A DNA stretch of 64,000 bases, taken from sequence record OR885871, one strand, 5' to 3'. The position numbers and the translations under genes are program-made. This DNA is from Escherichia phage vB_EcoM_JN03. Of the stretch, positions 1 to 8,748 are shown in pieces (within the stretch, counting starts at the first letter, position 1; each line of letters starts with the position of its first letter). The notes beneath the pieces were generated by a model. It was not told the DNA's origin and did no database searches. It saw only the letters and a list, made by a program, of their open reading frames with translations.

Positions 1-810
1 AGACAGATCTTTTTCATTAAATGAATTCTGAGTTTGCTTGTCGCCTGTTTCTCCAACAACTGCAACAGTCTTGACCACGAATAATACGGATGACAATGCC
101 AGACGAAGTGTACGGCCTAAAATTACATCAAAGTAACCCACGCGCCGACGGGCATCAAGGGAACCGCGCATCGGGTATGTTTCGCCGTCATGTTGTACAC
201 TGATTACCACGCCATCATTGACTTTGGTAACGCCATCAACCAGTGCTGTCGCCAATTCGGCCAACGGCGAAATATTTTCTTCATTGAAGCGGCTTGACCG
301 AGTTTCTAACGGTTTCAGTTCTTCGCTTCTGAAAAGTTTGGCCTGAATAGCAGCAGAGCTATCGTAACGCATACAGATAAACACTGTTTGGTTTTCCAGG
401 AAACGGCCAACATACCATTCTTCGCCTTCAGAATCGACAGACACCGAACCTTCCAGAACTTCATAGGTGTCGGGGATTTTCCCTTCTTCAGTCAATTCTT
501 TAATTGGCGAAATCACGACCACGTTATTAGATTCTTTGATGATACGAACCATCAGGGCGCGGGCAATTGTTTTGGCACTGACGCCATAAACTGATGCCAG
601 AGAAGAATTGCTTTCACCTTTGCTGCTCTTGGTTTGTATTTCTTGAATCTGTTCAGTGGTCAGAGACTTAATCGAAGCTGGATCCACTCCCAGTTCTTTA
701 TCCGACACGCGTTGTATCATTGAGCGCGGTACGCCCAATTCACTGGCTATTGAACTTTGACTTCTGTTCTCATTCAACAGCTTGAGAATACGTTTTTCTA
801 TAGCATTCAT
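1..810 (-). CDS. rIIB: rIIB-like protein, partial (start codon at 810, C-terminus beyond window start)
   Basis: Minus-strand reading frame open from ATG at 810 to window edge; N-terminal helix-turn-helix-like segment (SQSSIASELGVPRSMIQRV) resembling T4 rIIB N-terminus; immediately downstream of rIIA-like gene. Confidence 0.4.
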   Translation of the reverse strand, partial: MNAIEKRILKLLNENRSQSSIASELGVPRSMIQRVSDKELGVDPASIKSLTTEQIQEIQTKSSKGESNSSLASVYGVSAKTIARALMVRIIKESNNVVVISPIKELTEEGKIPDTYEVLEGSVSVDSEGEEWYVGRFLENQTVFICMRYDSSAAIQAKLFRSEELKPLETRSSRFNEENISPLAELATALVDGVTKVNDGVVISVQHDGETYPMRGSLDARRRVGYFDVILGRTLRLALSSVLFVVKTVAVVGETGDKQTQNSFNEKDLS

Positions 811-842
811 CTTGTAGTTCTCACTGTGGGGTAATGGGGCTA

Positions 843-3584
843 TTATGCCCCGAGAATACGTTTTGAAATAGCCTTCACAAATCTAGTGGCATCTTCAATC
901 GCGTTGTGTGCCGAAGGCTGATATGTTGACATCATGAATTTCACCAAACGATGACATTCAACTCGGTATCGGTTTTTGGCCTTTTGCTTTTGAGATATAG
1001 TGCTAGTGACCTTTATCTCATCAAATCCTTCAGCAGTTAATTTTTCATTCAATAAATCAACAACTTGAGTTAACTGGTTACAGGCGCGGAAAAATCTCGT
1101 AGTTGAGAAAGGCATTTCTATATGATAATGTAATTCCTCAACAGCCTTGCGGAAATAACCGTACCCCGATCCAGACGGATTTCGTTTGGCCAGCATACGA
1201 ACAATCTTCCATTCTTCTTCAGTGATTTGTTGTTTCGCATAACCGATGATTGCCTTTGCCCTATGTTGATGATGGGCATAGCCATCCGTAACTTTTCCAT
1301 GGGAATCAATCAACAGCTTGGCACCATAATCAATGCGATGAGACATGATGTTTATGCCCTTGCGAAGTTTCAGGAGTTTCTTAGATTCAAGCGCCTGAAA
1401 TTCATCTTTATAATGCTCAAGCAACATATCAAACACTGCGTCAATGGGGATGAATACTTCTGGGAATTTCTTCATCATCGGAACAGATTTACGACGCGCA
1501 AGAACGATTGTTGGATGTGCTCCCAGCAAATCAAACAGGTTTTCGTTTCCATTCTCGCCGAACTTCGTTCTTTCCATCGCTTCACGCAAATGTCCAGCCG
1601 CGGATTGTCGTAAGGTATTACCATGAATTTTATGGATACCTTCTCGGCCAGATACTTCGATATATACGATCTTTTTGCCTGAATCAATAATATCTGAAAC
1701 GGTTTTTCCATCCAATTCATAAACGCTATGGAAGTTAAATGAATTGTAATGGAAACTAAACATCCCAGGATCTTTTTCAACGGTCGGGCGAACATATTCC
1801 ATTTCATGCATGAAATAGACTTCATCCGGATTGAATAAATCGCCAAAGACCTCAATCAGTTTATCGGCAAAGACCAGGTAGTCCGGCGTTGTTTCTTGTA
1901 CACCGATCCATGATTCAAAATAAGACTTCAATTCCTCATGGTTGGTAAATGATTCTTTATGTGCCGCCAGCTGATTCCGATTACTGAAATAATTTTCATT
2001 CGGTTTGACGACGATAACGACATTGAAGTTATTGCGTGCTGTTTGTATCTTCAGGTTTCGAGCACGATTCGAGTTATCAATAATAACAGCAATTTTTGAT
2101 TTAGATTTCAACCAATTTCCGACAGAGTTCACATAAATGCTGTCGTGTACTACACCGTTGTCGTGTACTTCAATTTCGTAAGGACTACCAATAGACCGGA
2201 AAGGTGCATCCAAAGAGTAATCGCGCACGACGTCCGGCGCTCCGATATAACGGAACGTGCCTTTGTAGAAACGGTTATCTACAGGAAATTCCCGTTCGAC
2301 CAATTTACGGAAACCACTACCGAACATATCAGTCAGCTGAGTCTTTTTCATATACAACATAAGAGGACCCATTGACTCCGCTTGGCGAAGTTCATACATC
2401 TTCGCTTGCATGATATTTTCGGCCACATGCTTGAACACGCGGTTCAGGCTTTCACGAGTGAATTCGTCGTATGACAAGTCTTCGCGTGACGGCGGTACAT
2501 TCAGTTCTCCAAGTTCGAAGAAGGTATAGGAACTCGGGAATTTTTCCAGCACGGTGCATATTTCAGAGTCCAATTGGTCGAGATCTATCGGGTAAGAAAC
2601 CCCGCCCATGACAGCATAGTGGATGTTGTCGGAATCTGACTTCGGTTGGATATATGTGTTGCCTACACGGTTTTCGAAGTTGATGTCAGACCAACGGAAA
2701 GAATAACTGGCGTTTTCAACCTTCGGTCGCATTGAAGGTCGCATCACTCGACCCAAACGGACCAACTCTTGTTCAAAGGCGGTAAACCGCTGATTCTTTA
2801 CAGGAACTTTAACAGTCAGGCCGTTGAACTCATCAGTGTCCTCCGGTTTAGGATCACGGGTATCTAAATCCTTGGTAATGAGATCCACAGTTGGGATTCT
2901 GTCCGCATTCAGATACATCAGGAAACGATACAGTTTCCCTTCATAGCGACTTTCTACTGTAAATGAATCAGATACAGCAAATGGGGATTTAGAACCTAGC
3001 CCAAACGCCCCTATTTGCCCGTCGTCGTCCTCTTTTGTACTATGGAAGAGTGTTGTATACAAACCAGGTCCACGAATGATCTCGCCATCCTCAGCGCGGA
3101 ATACCAGTACCCCATTATAATAACCAGGTGTACCAATAACAGCAGTGCTATCAGGGATTTCGTCTTCCTTCACGACGATATTACCTTCAACCAGCACTTC
3201 ATCTTCACGCGCTGTAATAGGCTCGCCGATGATCATTTCTAATGGAAGACCAACCCCATAATCTTTAATTTCCAGCCAGGGTTCCATAACATCCGGTAAA
3301 TGTACAACAACAGGAGTTCCCTTGGGGGCAAGATGTTTGCTGTATCGTTGAGGCATAGGAGTGAGAGGAGCATAATGCGATGGCATCCAGCGTTGTTGGC
3401 GATCACGCATATTATGTGAGTCTATACCATTACACAACGTCTCACGCAAAGACGCCGCCTCTTTATATTTGTAGAGACTTGAAAATAATGTTTCAAATAA
3501 TTTATCCGTCATCTTGACATTGAATGTCTGTCCGACGATGGTAGAAGAAGAGCGCACGAAATGCTCGGACTTGCGCATTTTCAT
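843..3584 (-). CDS. rIIA: rIIA-like protein with N-terminal GHKL (Bergerat-fold) ATPase domain
   Basis: 913-aa ORF; N-box ETLCNGID, G1 box DYGVG, G2 box GQIGAFGLGSKS in the N-terminal 200 aa; no Toprim motifs seen, so rIIA rather than topoisomerase. Confidence 0.5.
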   Translation of the reverse strand: MKMRKSEHFVRSSSTIVGQTFNVKMTDKLFETLFSSLYKYKEAASLRETLCNGIDSHNMRDRQQRWMPSHYAPLTPMPQRYSKHLAPKGTPVVVHLPDVMEPWLEIKDYGVGLPLEMIIGEPITAREDEVLVEGNIVVKEDEIPDSTAVIGTPGYYNGVLVFRAEDGEIIRGPGLYTTLFHSTKEDDDGQIGAFGLGSKSPFAVSDSFTVESRYEGKLYRFLMYLNADRIPTVDLITKDLDTRDPKPEDTDEFNGLTVKVPVKNQRFTAFEQELVRLGRVMRPSMRPKVENASYSFRWSDINFENRVGNTYIQPKSDSDNIHYAVMGGVSYPIDLDQLDSEICTVLEKFPSSYTFFELGELNVPPSREDLSYDEFTRESLNRVFKHVAENIMQAKMYELRQAESMGPLMLYMKKTQLTDMFGSGFRKLVEREFPVDNRFYKGTFRYIGAPDVVRDYSLDAPFRSIGSPYEIEVHDNGVVHDSIYVNSVGNWLKSKSKIAVIIDNSNRARNLKIQTARNNFNVVIVVKPNENYFSNRNQLAAHKESFTNHEELKSYFESWIGVQETTPDYLVFADKLIEVFGDLFNPDEVYFMHEMEYVRPTVEKDPGMFSFHYNSFNFHSVYELDGKTVSDIIDSGKKIVYIEVSGREGIHKIHGNTLRQSAAGHLREAMERTKFGENGNENLFDLLGAHPTIVLARRKSVPMMKKFPEVFIPIDAVFDMLLEHYKDEFQALESKKLLKLRKGINIMSHRIDYGAKLLIDSHGKVTDGYAHHQHRAKAIIGYAKQQITEEEWKIVRMLAKRNPSGSGYGYFRKAVEELHYHIEMPFSTTRFFRACNQLTQVVDLLNEKLTAEGFDEIKVTSTISQKQKAKNRYRVECHRLVKFMMSTYQPSAHNAIEDATRFVKAISKRILGA

Positions 3585-3691
3585 AGTATAGAATTCCTGT
3601 TCAGATCAAAGAAGAACACATTATTGGGTAAGGTTATGATACTGGCGGGTGGTTCAATAGAAAAGCCTCCAATCGGAGGCTTTAATCAGGA

Positions 3692-4045
3692 TTAACTTCC
3701 CTGAACGTTTACAACGGTGGCGTTGAAATTGAATATCGGGTGGGTGGCACCTGGCTCTAACGTCTCTTCCAGATAACCCACAATATTGCGTGTCACAGAT
3801 TTCGGCTCTGCGCGGGAAGGCTTCGTTGCGCCGAGGTCAATAATGCTCGAAGTGACTTGTTCAACCTGAGTGTGATTGACAACAAAATGATAACGACTAC
3901 CGAAGGCCGCAACTTCAACTTCTGTTATTTCTAAACCACTCAATTCAGAGCTGTTCAACTGCTTCACATTCAATTGAGAGCGGAGGTGCTCTACAATATT
4001 GCTGTAAACATATTGTGGTGTGATCAGCTGTTCAATAGAACTCAT
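3692..4045 (-). CDS. hypothetical protein (117 aa)
   Basis: ORF with AGGA ribosome-binding site upstream; co-oriented with neighbours. Confidence 0.45.
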   Translation of the reverse strand: MSSIEQLITPQYVYSNIVEHLRSQLNVKQLNSSELSGLEITEVEVAAFGSRYHFVVNHTQVEQVTSSIIDLGATKPSRAEPKSVTRNIVGYLEETLEPGATHPIFNFNATVVNVQGS

Positions 4046-4214
4046 GACATATCCTCATTTCTTTGGGGGTTTATTGTTACTTAAACGGATCACCTCTGCT
4101 CGAAGGAAGAGGATTTCATCGGCCATCATTTTACCTTCTTGAAACATAACATGACATCGTGATGATCTGGGTTCACCTTCCGATAATGCGTGAAGGCGAT
4201 ATTCGGGGATGACA

Positions 4215-4421
4215 TCATTTACGGCGTTTCTTTTTGTTCTTTCCATGGGTCTTGGCCTTTTTAGGACGACTGACGGAAGGACGAGCATGCCCAGGTTCCC
4301 CAGGGGTACACCCTTGTGCATAACGATGATCATCCCAGAGACGACCATTATGCGTCATATCTTCAGCCATGGCGGACAAAGCAAGGGTTGCTACAGCCGC
4401 AGCAGATAATGGTTTAGACAT
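4215..4421 (-). CDS. small secreted basic peptide (signal peptide plus Lys/Arg-rich tail)
   Basis: Strong RBS AAGGAG 6 nt before second ATG; Ala-rich signal-like N-terminus MSKPLSAAAVATLALSAMA; C-terminus KKAKTHGKNKKKRRK. Confidence 0.4.
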   Translation of the reverse strand: MSKPLSAAAVATLALSAMAEDMTHNGRLWDDHRYAQGCTPGEPGHARPSVSRPKKAKTHGKNKKKRRK

Positions 4422-4860
4422 TTGTTTCTCCTTTTGCTGCATACGACAGAGCTTTTACGATCATAACAGCCAAACCGATAGGATCGTATGCATTGTCGAA
4501 TTCTTGTTCTATGTTCTGACGAATTTCATCAGAAGATTGTACTTCAGAGCAGTTCTTACTCTGTCTGCGTTGCTCTTGCTCGACTAGATCTTTGAACAGA
4601 AGGTCTTTGAAAGAATACTCATCGAAGTTTTCAAGATACCGTTGGATGCTTGGTTGTTTTACATCCATCGTTTGACGCAAATTGCTAATAGTTGAACTTG
4701 CCTGTTCGCGGTGTTTGTTCATAACAGCAAAGTTAACGGGCTTGCCCCAAGCATTCATCACTGGATTAGAGCATACTTGGCCAAAGAGATCTTGGAAGGC
4801 ATCATCCATGTGGATCAACGCAGTGGCCAATTCTTCATAAGTTGGTTTTTGAGTAGTCAT
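4414..4860 (-). CDS. hypothetical protein (148 aa)
   Basis: ORF in minus-strand gene array. Confidence 0.45.
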   Translation of the reverse strand: MTTQKPTYEELATALIHMDDAFQDLFGQVCSNPVMNAWGKPVNFAVMNKHREQASSTISNLRQTMDVKQPSIQRYLENFDEYSFKDLLFKDLVEQEQRRQSKNCSEVQSSDEIRQNIEQEFDNAYDPIGLAVMIVKALSYAAKGETNV

Positions 4861-5228
4861 TTTCGTTTACTCCGATTTTTATATTTCTTAGCCTGACGTT
4901 TATGTTGGGCGGCTCCATATAGGCGCGGCGGCTTTTGATAACGTTGTGACGCAATTATGTCCCTGTCATCGGCTTCTGCTTCACAATACGAGATATCTGC
5001 CTTCCGTAACTGAGCCACCGCTTGAGATACCAATGTTTTGCGTTCACTTTCTACCAGATCATCACAAATTATCATGCGTTCACCTGGTTCACAACGACGT
5101 TTAGGAATATCGTCTACACTGATACATTCTACTTCAACGCCTTTCAGCTTTTCTTGAAGGATAATGGCCATAGTCCGAGCGCCGATTCCTCCTCCAATAA
5201 TTGCAATCTTTCTTGGCTTGTCAGACAT
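4857..5228 (-). CDS. small protein with N-terminal Rossmann-type dinucleotide-binding motif and basic C-terminal tail
   Basis: Start chosen at MSDKPRK; motif KIAIIGGGIGARTMAII (GxGxxG/A); tail KRQAKKYKNRSKRK. Confidence 0.4.
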   Translation of the reverse strand: MSDKPRKIAIIGGGIGARTMAIILQEKLKGVEVECISVDDIPKRRCEPGERMIICDDLVESERKTLVSQAVAQLRKADISYCEAEADDRDIIASQRYQKPPRLYGAAQHKRQAKKYKNRSKRK

Positions 5229-5240
5229 AACACATTCCAT

Positions 5241-5272
5241 AAAAAAGAGGATAGAGCAATAATACCCTATCC
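5241..5272 (-). terminator. rho-independent terminator (minus strand)
   Basis: GGATAG / CTATCC hairpin followed by TCTTTTTTAT on minus strand. Confidence 0.45.
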
Positions 5273-5290
5273 CCATTTATTGAAGAACTA

Positions 5291-5713
5291 TTAGTCTTCC
5301 GAACCTACAACCCCACCACGCAGATCCTGTGCTGGCTTACCATCAGGTGCCATGACATAGATGGTATTGATGGTCTCAAACCAAGACAATAAATCAACTC
5401 CTTCAGTGTATAGCGTTACCGGAACAGAAGTTTTGATTTCTTTCTGTTCATCCTTCAAATCCGGATGACTTCCCGATAGGGTTAACCAAGCGAATCTTCC
5501 GTTGGGATAAATAATGCCTTCTTTGAACATTACAATCTTTTTGCGAGGATTATTGGCTTCGCCCAGACACACCACCAAATGATGTATCATTTCGGGGCGC
5601 GTCAACAACGTGTCATCTTTGATAATGCCCTGCTTGACAGCAGAGATTACCACTTCATCCAGTAACGCCTGTTGCTGTTCCAGCGTCAGAGATTCGGTTA
5701 GTTTCACGCTCAT
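5291..5713 (-). CDS. hypothetical protein (140 aa)
   Basis: ORF in minus-strand gene array. Confidence 0.45.
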   Translation of the reverse strand: MSVKLTESLTLEQQQALLDEVVISAVKQGIIKDDTLLTRPEMIHHLVVCLGEANNPRKKIVMFKEGIIYPNGRFAWLTLSGSHPDLKDEQKEIKTSVPVTLYTEGVDLLSWFETINTIYVMAPDGKPAQDLRGGVVGSED

Positions 5714-5717
5714 GATA

Positions 5718-5915
5718 TCAGCCTTTTAAGTTAAGAATTTCACCAAGGACAGCGTGCAAATGCTTTGCAGATTCAATGTCCAACAGAATGGTGTCATAAA
5801 GACGCCCGTTGTCGTCACTCCCAACCTGCTTTATCACCACTCCCCTGGGGTCTAAGCTCACCAAAGTTTCCTTGGCAGGCGTCGTGTACACAGAGCTAAA
5901 TTTATCAGTGGGCAT
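5718..5915 (-). CDS. hypothetical protein (65 aa)
   Basis: Short ORF tightly packed between neighbours. Confidence 0.3.
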   Translation of the reverse strand: MPTDKFSSVYTTPAKETLVSLDPRGVVIKQVGSDDNGRLYDTILLDIESAKHLHAVLGEILNLKG

Positions 5916-5964
5916 AACAGAACCTTACTCGGTTTGGTTAGCTCCAGTTGGAGCTAACTGTGAA

Positions 5965-6534
5965 TTAGCCTTTGAAGTTAATCGGAGTCTGGACACCAGA
6001 GTCAAATGCGGCCTGGGTGCGGGTGTCACTCACCACCTGACATGTCTTGTCAAGATCGATACGCGGATATCCAAAGATTCCTGCTATCAGAGAACCAGGG
6101 AACTGGCCAAGTTTAGTTTCATAGATCGCACATGCGTCCAATTTTTTAGTTTGGCTAATGCGGAATTCATCCCGACCTGAGCTGATAACAACCTGAATCT
6201 CTTTGTACAAAGATGAATCAAACTGAATATTCTGTTCCTGAATCCATTGCATTACTGCTTTAGAACCGTCTGCGCCATAACGGCCTTGGAAAGTATCTTT
6301 GATCACTTCCTTCAAACCGTTTTTGTACATGTCAGGAATCTGCGCCGTCTCCTGAACTTTGAGCGTGTAGTTGCTCAGGTGGTTTTCAGAATCTTTGTTG
6401 AACTTTTTGACCTGTTGTTCAATGCGGTTGAAGTCATTGAAATAGCTAACCACACTACCAATCCCAATTACAGCAAATGCTAGAATCGCCAACCCAACAA
6501 TCCAACCAATTGAAATACCTTTACGTTGTGACAT
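5965..6534 (-). CDS. LemA-family-like membrane protein
   Basis: N-terminal transmembrane helix; C-terminal segment FPGSLIAGIFGYPRIDL resembles the conserved LemA C-terminal motif (FPsNiaAglFGf). Confidence 0.45.
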   Translation of the reverse strand: MSQRKGISIGWIVGLAILAFAVIGIGSVVSYFNDFNRIEQQVKKFNKDSENHLSNYTLKVQETAQIPDMYKNGLKEVIKDTFQGRYGADGSKAVMQWIQEQNIQFDSSLYKEIQVVISSGRDEFRISQTKKLDACAIYETKLGQFPGSLIAGIFGYPRIDLDKTCQVVSDTRTQAAFDSGVQTPINFKG

Positions 6535-6549
6535 CTTTACTTCCTCTTG

Positions 6550-7659
6550 TTAAAACAAACGTTTATAAGTTCGACCATTGTACTGCATGCGGCCTAATAT
6601 GAAAACTGCGGTAAAAGGGATACATCCAAACAGCACGACGATAATCACTTCCCAAGTTTTAAGATCTCGCCATTTCAGATATTCCATTTCCTTCATCTCA
6701 ACTCGGTTGTATCCCTTACTGATATTGACCGCAACTTCTTGAAACACGGATATGCCCATTGGTTTCCCTGTCAATGAAAGTCCGTTACGAGAATGGAGTT
6801 CCATGTTGTTCATGCCGTCGGCAAATGACGTAGACTTACCCCAATTAATTTTCATATCCTTTGAAATATCGGTGACTACAATAACATCGTTCTTTTTACC
6901 GCCAGACCATGCATATAGAAGTCCCTGAAAATATTCAACAGGCTGGCCAGAAGTCACAACCCAAACGATATTAACCTGACGTGAAGCACCTAATGTTTTC
7001 AGAGTATTGTTCAGATAATCATTCCAGTAATCAACAGGAATGTCCATCCCTGACATATTCAGAACACGAGTTACTCGGTAATAATCATACACCCTCGGAT
7101 ATGAAGGGATATGCTCTTTGAACTTCTCGGCGAATTGCTGGTCAGATTTAGAGAATAATGAATCTTTGTTGCCCAGCACATAATTCATATATGAATGTTC
7201 ACGTGCCGCAGGTTCCCCGATTTTAACTTGTGCCCAACGCGGAGGCTCTGTAGTACCCTGACGATCAATACGGTCAATGCTCAGATCACCGACGGTTGTT
7301 AATACGTCCCAATCAACGTCATAAGAGTGCTCATAGCATGTGCTGCAATGACGCGTTTGTGTACAAGATCGGTTATTTCCTGAACCAGAGCAAGATGTTG
7401 TGTAATAACACATACATTCATAAGAATGTTCACAACCCACCTTATTCCGTTGCTTATCAGTTACATATCCATTCAGGATTTCCACGTCCCCAGAACTACC
7501 AAGGGAGAAAGCAGCATATAATCCCGACTGGATAAGGCAAGACAATACGATAACAATGGCCGTGGCGATCAAAGTCTCCTTTGGCTCATGGGTCTTGCGG
7601 TGATATATTATAAACAAGATGGCCAAAATTACAGGAACCACAAACAGAAGGTAAATCAT
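6550..7659 (-). CDS. Cys-rich membrane protein (two N-terminal and one C-terminal predicted TM helices)
   Basis: Hydrophobic N- and C-termini; cysteine cluster CEHSYECMCYYTTSCSGSGNNRSCTQTRHCSTCYEH. Confidence 0.5.
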   Translation of the reverse strand: MIYLLFVVPVILAILFIIYHRKTHEPKETLIATAIVIVLSCLIQSGLYAAFSLGSSGDVEILNGYVTDKQRNKVGCEHSYECMCYYTTSCSGSGNNRSCTQTRHCSTCYEHSYDVDWDVLTTVGDLSIDRIDRQGTTEPPRWAQVKIGEPAAREHSYMNYVLGNKDSLFSKSDQQFAEKFKEHIPSYPRVYDYYRVTRVLNMSGMDIPVDYWNDYLNNTLKTLGASRQVNIVWVVTSGQPVEYFQGLLYAWSGGKKNDVIVVTDISKDMKINWGKSTSFADGMNNMELHSRNGLSLTGKPMGISVFQEVAVNISKGYNRVEMKEMEYLKWRDLKTWEVIIVVLFGCIPFTAVFILGRMQYNGRTYKRLF

Positions 7660-8042
7660 AACACACCATCCACGAGTTGTTCCTTCGTCATACCAAGAAG
7701 TTGATTTTTGTGAGAACTGTGCGCCCCGTTCAATTTGAGCAATTCCCAGCGTTCTTCATGATACTGTGGAGTTATTGCATCGTCAAAAGAAACATGGTGG
7801 CGATGCATAATTGTTGCAACGGTGTGAAGAACGATTGCTGTTGCTCTTTTTAAAGCACGTGTATCCGTGATGTGGTCTTCGTATTCGAATCCCATCAAAT
7901 CGAGTTCTTTTCGGATATATGCTATAGACAAATCACCTTCAGAATGCAATTTAACAATAGTCGCTTTCTTAGGATGTAACACGCCGTCTGTTTCTTTCAT
8001 GAACAGATCGTACAAATATTGTTTGTATTCGGGGCGCTTCAT
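7656..8042 (-). CDS. hypothetical protein (128 aa)
   Basis: ORF; start overlaps stop of upstream gene (translational coupling). Confidence 0.45.
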   Translation of the reverse strand: MKRPEYKQYLYDLFMKETDGVLHPKKATIVKLHSEGDLSIAYIRKELDLMGFEYEDHITDTRALKRATAIVLHTVATIMHRHHVSFDDAITPQYHEERWELLKLNGAHSSHKNQLLGMTKEQLVDGVL

Positions 8043-8260
8043 CTCGTAATCCCTCCGGCACAGATGATATTCAGTTCACCGCGACGGAAACCGCCTTGCC
8101 CACCGTTCAATTTAGTCGGAAGCGTATCTTGAACTTTTTGTGCGAACTCTTCCGACACTACCAGATGACCCTTTTCTTGTTTCGGGGTAGATTCAAAATA
8201 GTCGCCAAATGTCGCTTCCATATCGAGCACAGACATGTCTTCAATTCGTTGCATTGCCAT
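8039..8260 (-). CDS. hypothetical protein (73 aa)
   Basis: ORF overlapping neighbours by 4 nt. Confidence 0.4.
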   Translation of the reverse strand: MAMQRIEDMSVLDMEATFGDYFESTPKQEKGHLVVSEEFAQKVQDTLPTKLNGGQGGFRRGELNIICAGGITR

Positions 8261-8271
8261 GATATAGGACC

Positions 8272-8463
8272 TCAGTATAATTTCGTATAAACTTGTTTAA
8301 CGCCAATATCGGCAGGAGCTGTGCTCTGCTGCATATTATAGAATGCCAAATCTGCTTGTTCTTTGTTTTCAAAATCAACTACAACTGTGTGTACTGATAT
8401 TGCTTCACCCTGTCCATAAGCATAACAACGGCTGGTGACCAATATTTTGTATTGAGGTGTCAT
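8272..8463 (-). CDS. hypothetical protein (63 aa)
   Basis: Short ORF in same array. Confidence 0.3.
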   Translation of the reverse strand: MTPQYKILVTSRCYAYGQGEAISVHTVVVDFENKEQADLAFYNMQQSTAPADIGVKQVYTKLY

Positions 8464-8476
8464 AAATCAATCCTTG

Positions 8477-8516
8477 CAAAAAGAAAGGGGAACGGGCTAA
8501 TAATAACCCATTCCCC
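8477..8516 (-). terminator. rho-independent terminator (minus strand)
   Basis: GGGGAATGGG / CCCGTTCCCC hairpin followed by TTTCTTTTT on minus strand. Confidence 0.5.
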
Positions 8517-8544
8517 TTTATTGAAGAACGCAATCGCAATCAGA

Positions 8545-8712
8545 TTACTTTTTCTTCAGCTCTTCCAGTTTGGCTTCGATTTGTTCCAGGATGTCTTTAC
8601 CCTTCTGAACAATCACTTCACCGTCTTGCGCGTGTTTACGAAAGACCAGAGCGCCAGCTACGAAGCCGACAACAACGCCAGGAAGCGCGTACACCAACAG
8701 ATCTTGTAACAT
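8545..8712 (-). CDS. small membrane protein (55 aa), below the ORF-track length cutoff
   Basis: Hand-translated: MLQDLLVYALPGVVVGFVAGALVFRKHAQDGEVIVQKGKDILEQIEAKLEELKKK; preceded by TATAAATA motif and followed by hairpin plus T-run. Confidence 0.4.
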   Translation of the reverse strand: MLQDLLVYALPGVVVGFVAGALVFRKHAQDGEVIVQKGKDILEQIEAKLEELKKK

Positions 8713-8740
8713 GATAATATCCTCACTTTATAGGTGAGGA

Positions 8741-8748
8741 TATTTATA
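8741..8748 (-). promoter_or_regulatory. T4-type late promoter motif TATAAATA (minus strand)
   Basis: Exact TATAAATA about 29 nt upstream of small ORF start at 8712. Confidence 0.4.

Noticed and set aside
1118-1855. Nested short ORFs inside and antisense to the rIIA-like gene, and similar ones inside the DNA polymerase, tailspike, sheath and portal genes
   Set aside because: They are fully contained in long, homology-supported genes and have no independent translation signals.
8452-8709. Plus-strand 85-aa ORF
   Set aside because: It is antisense to the surrounding minus-strand operon and overlaps the better-supported minus-strand 55-aa gene and its terminator.
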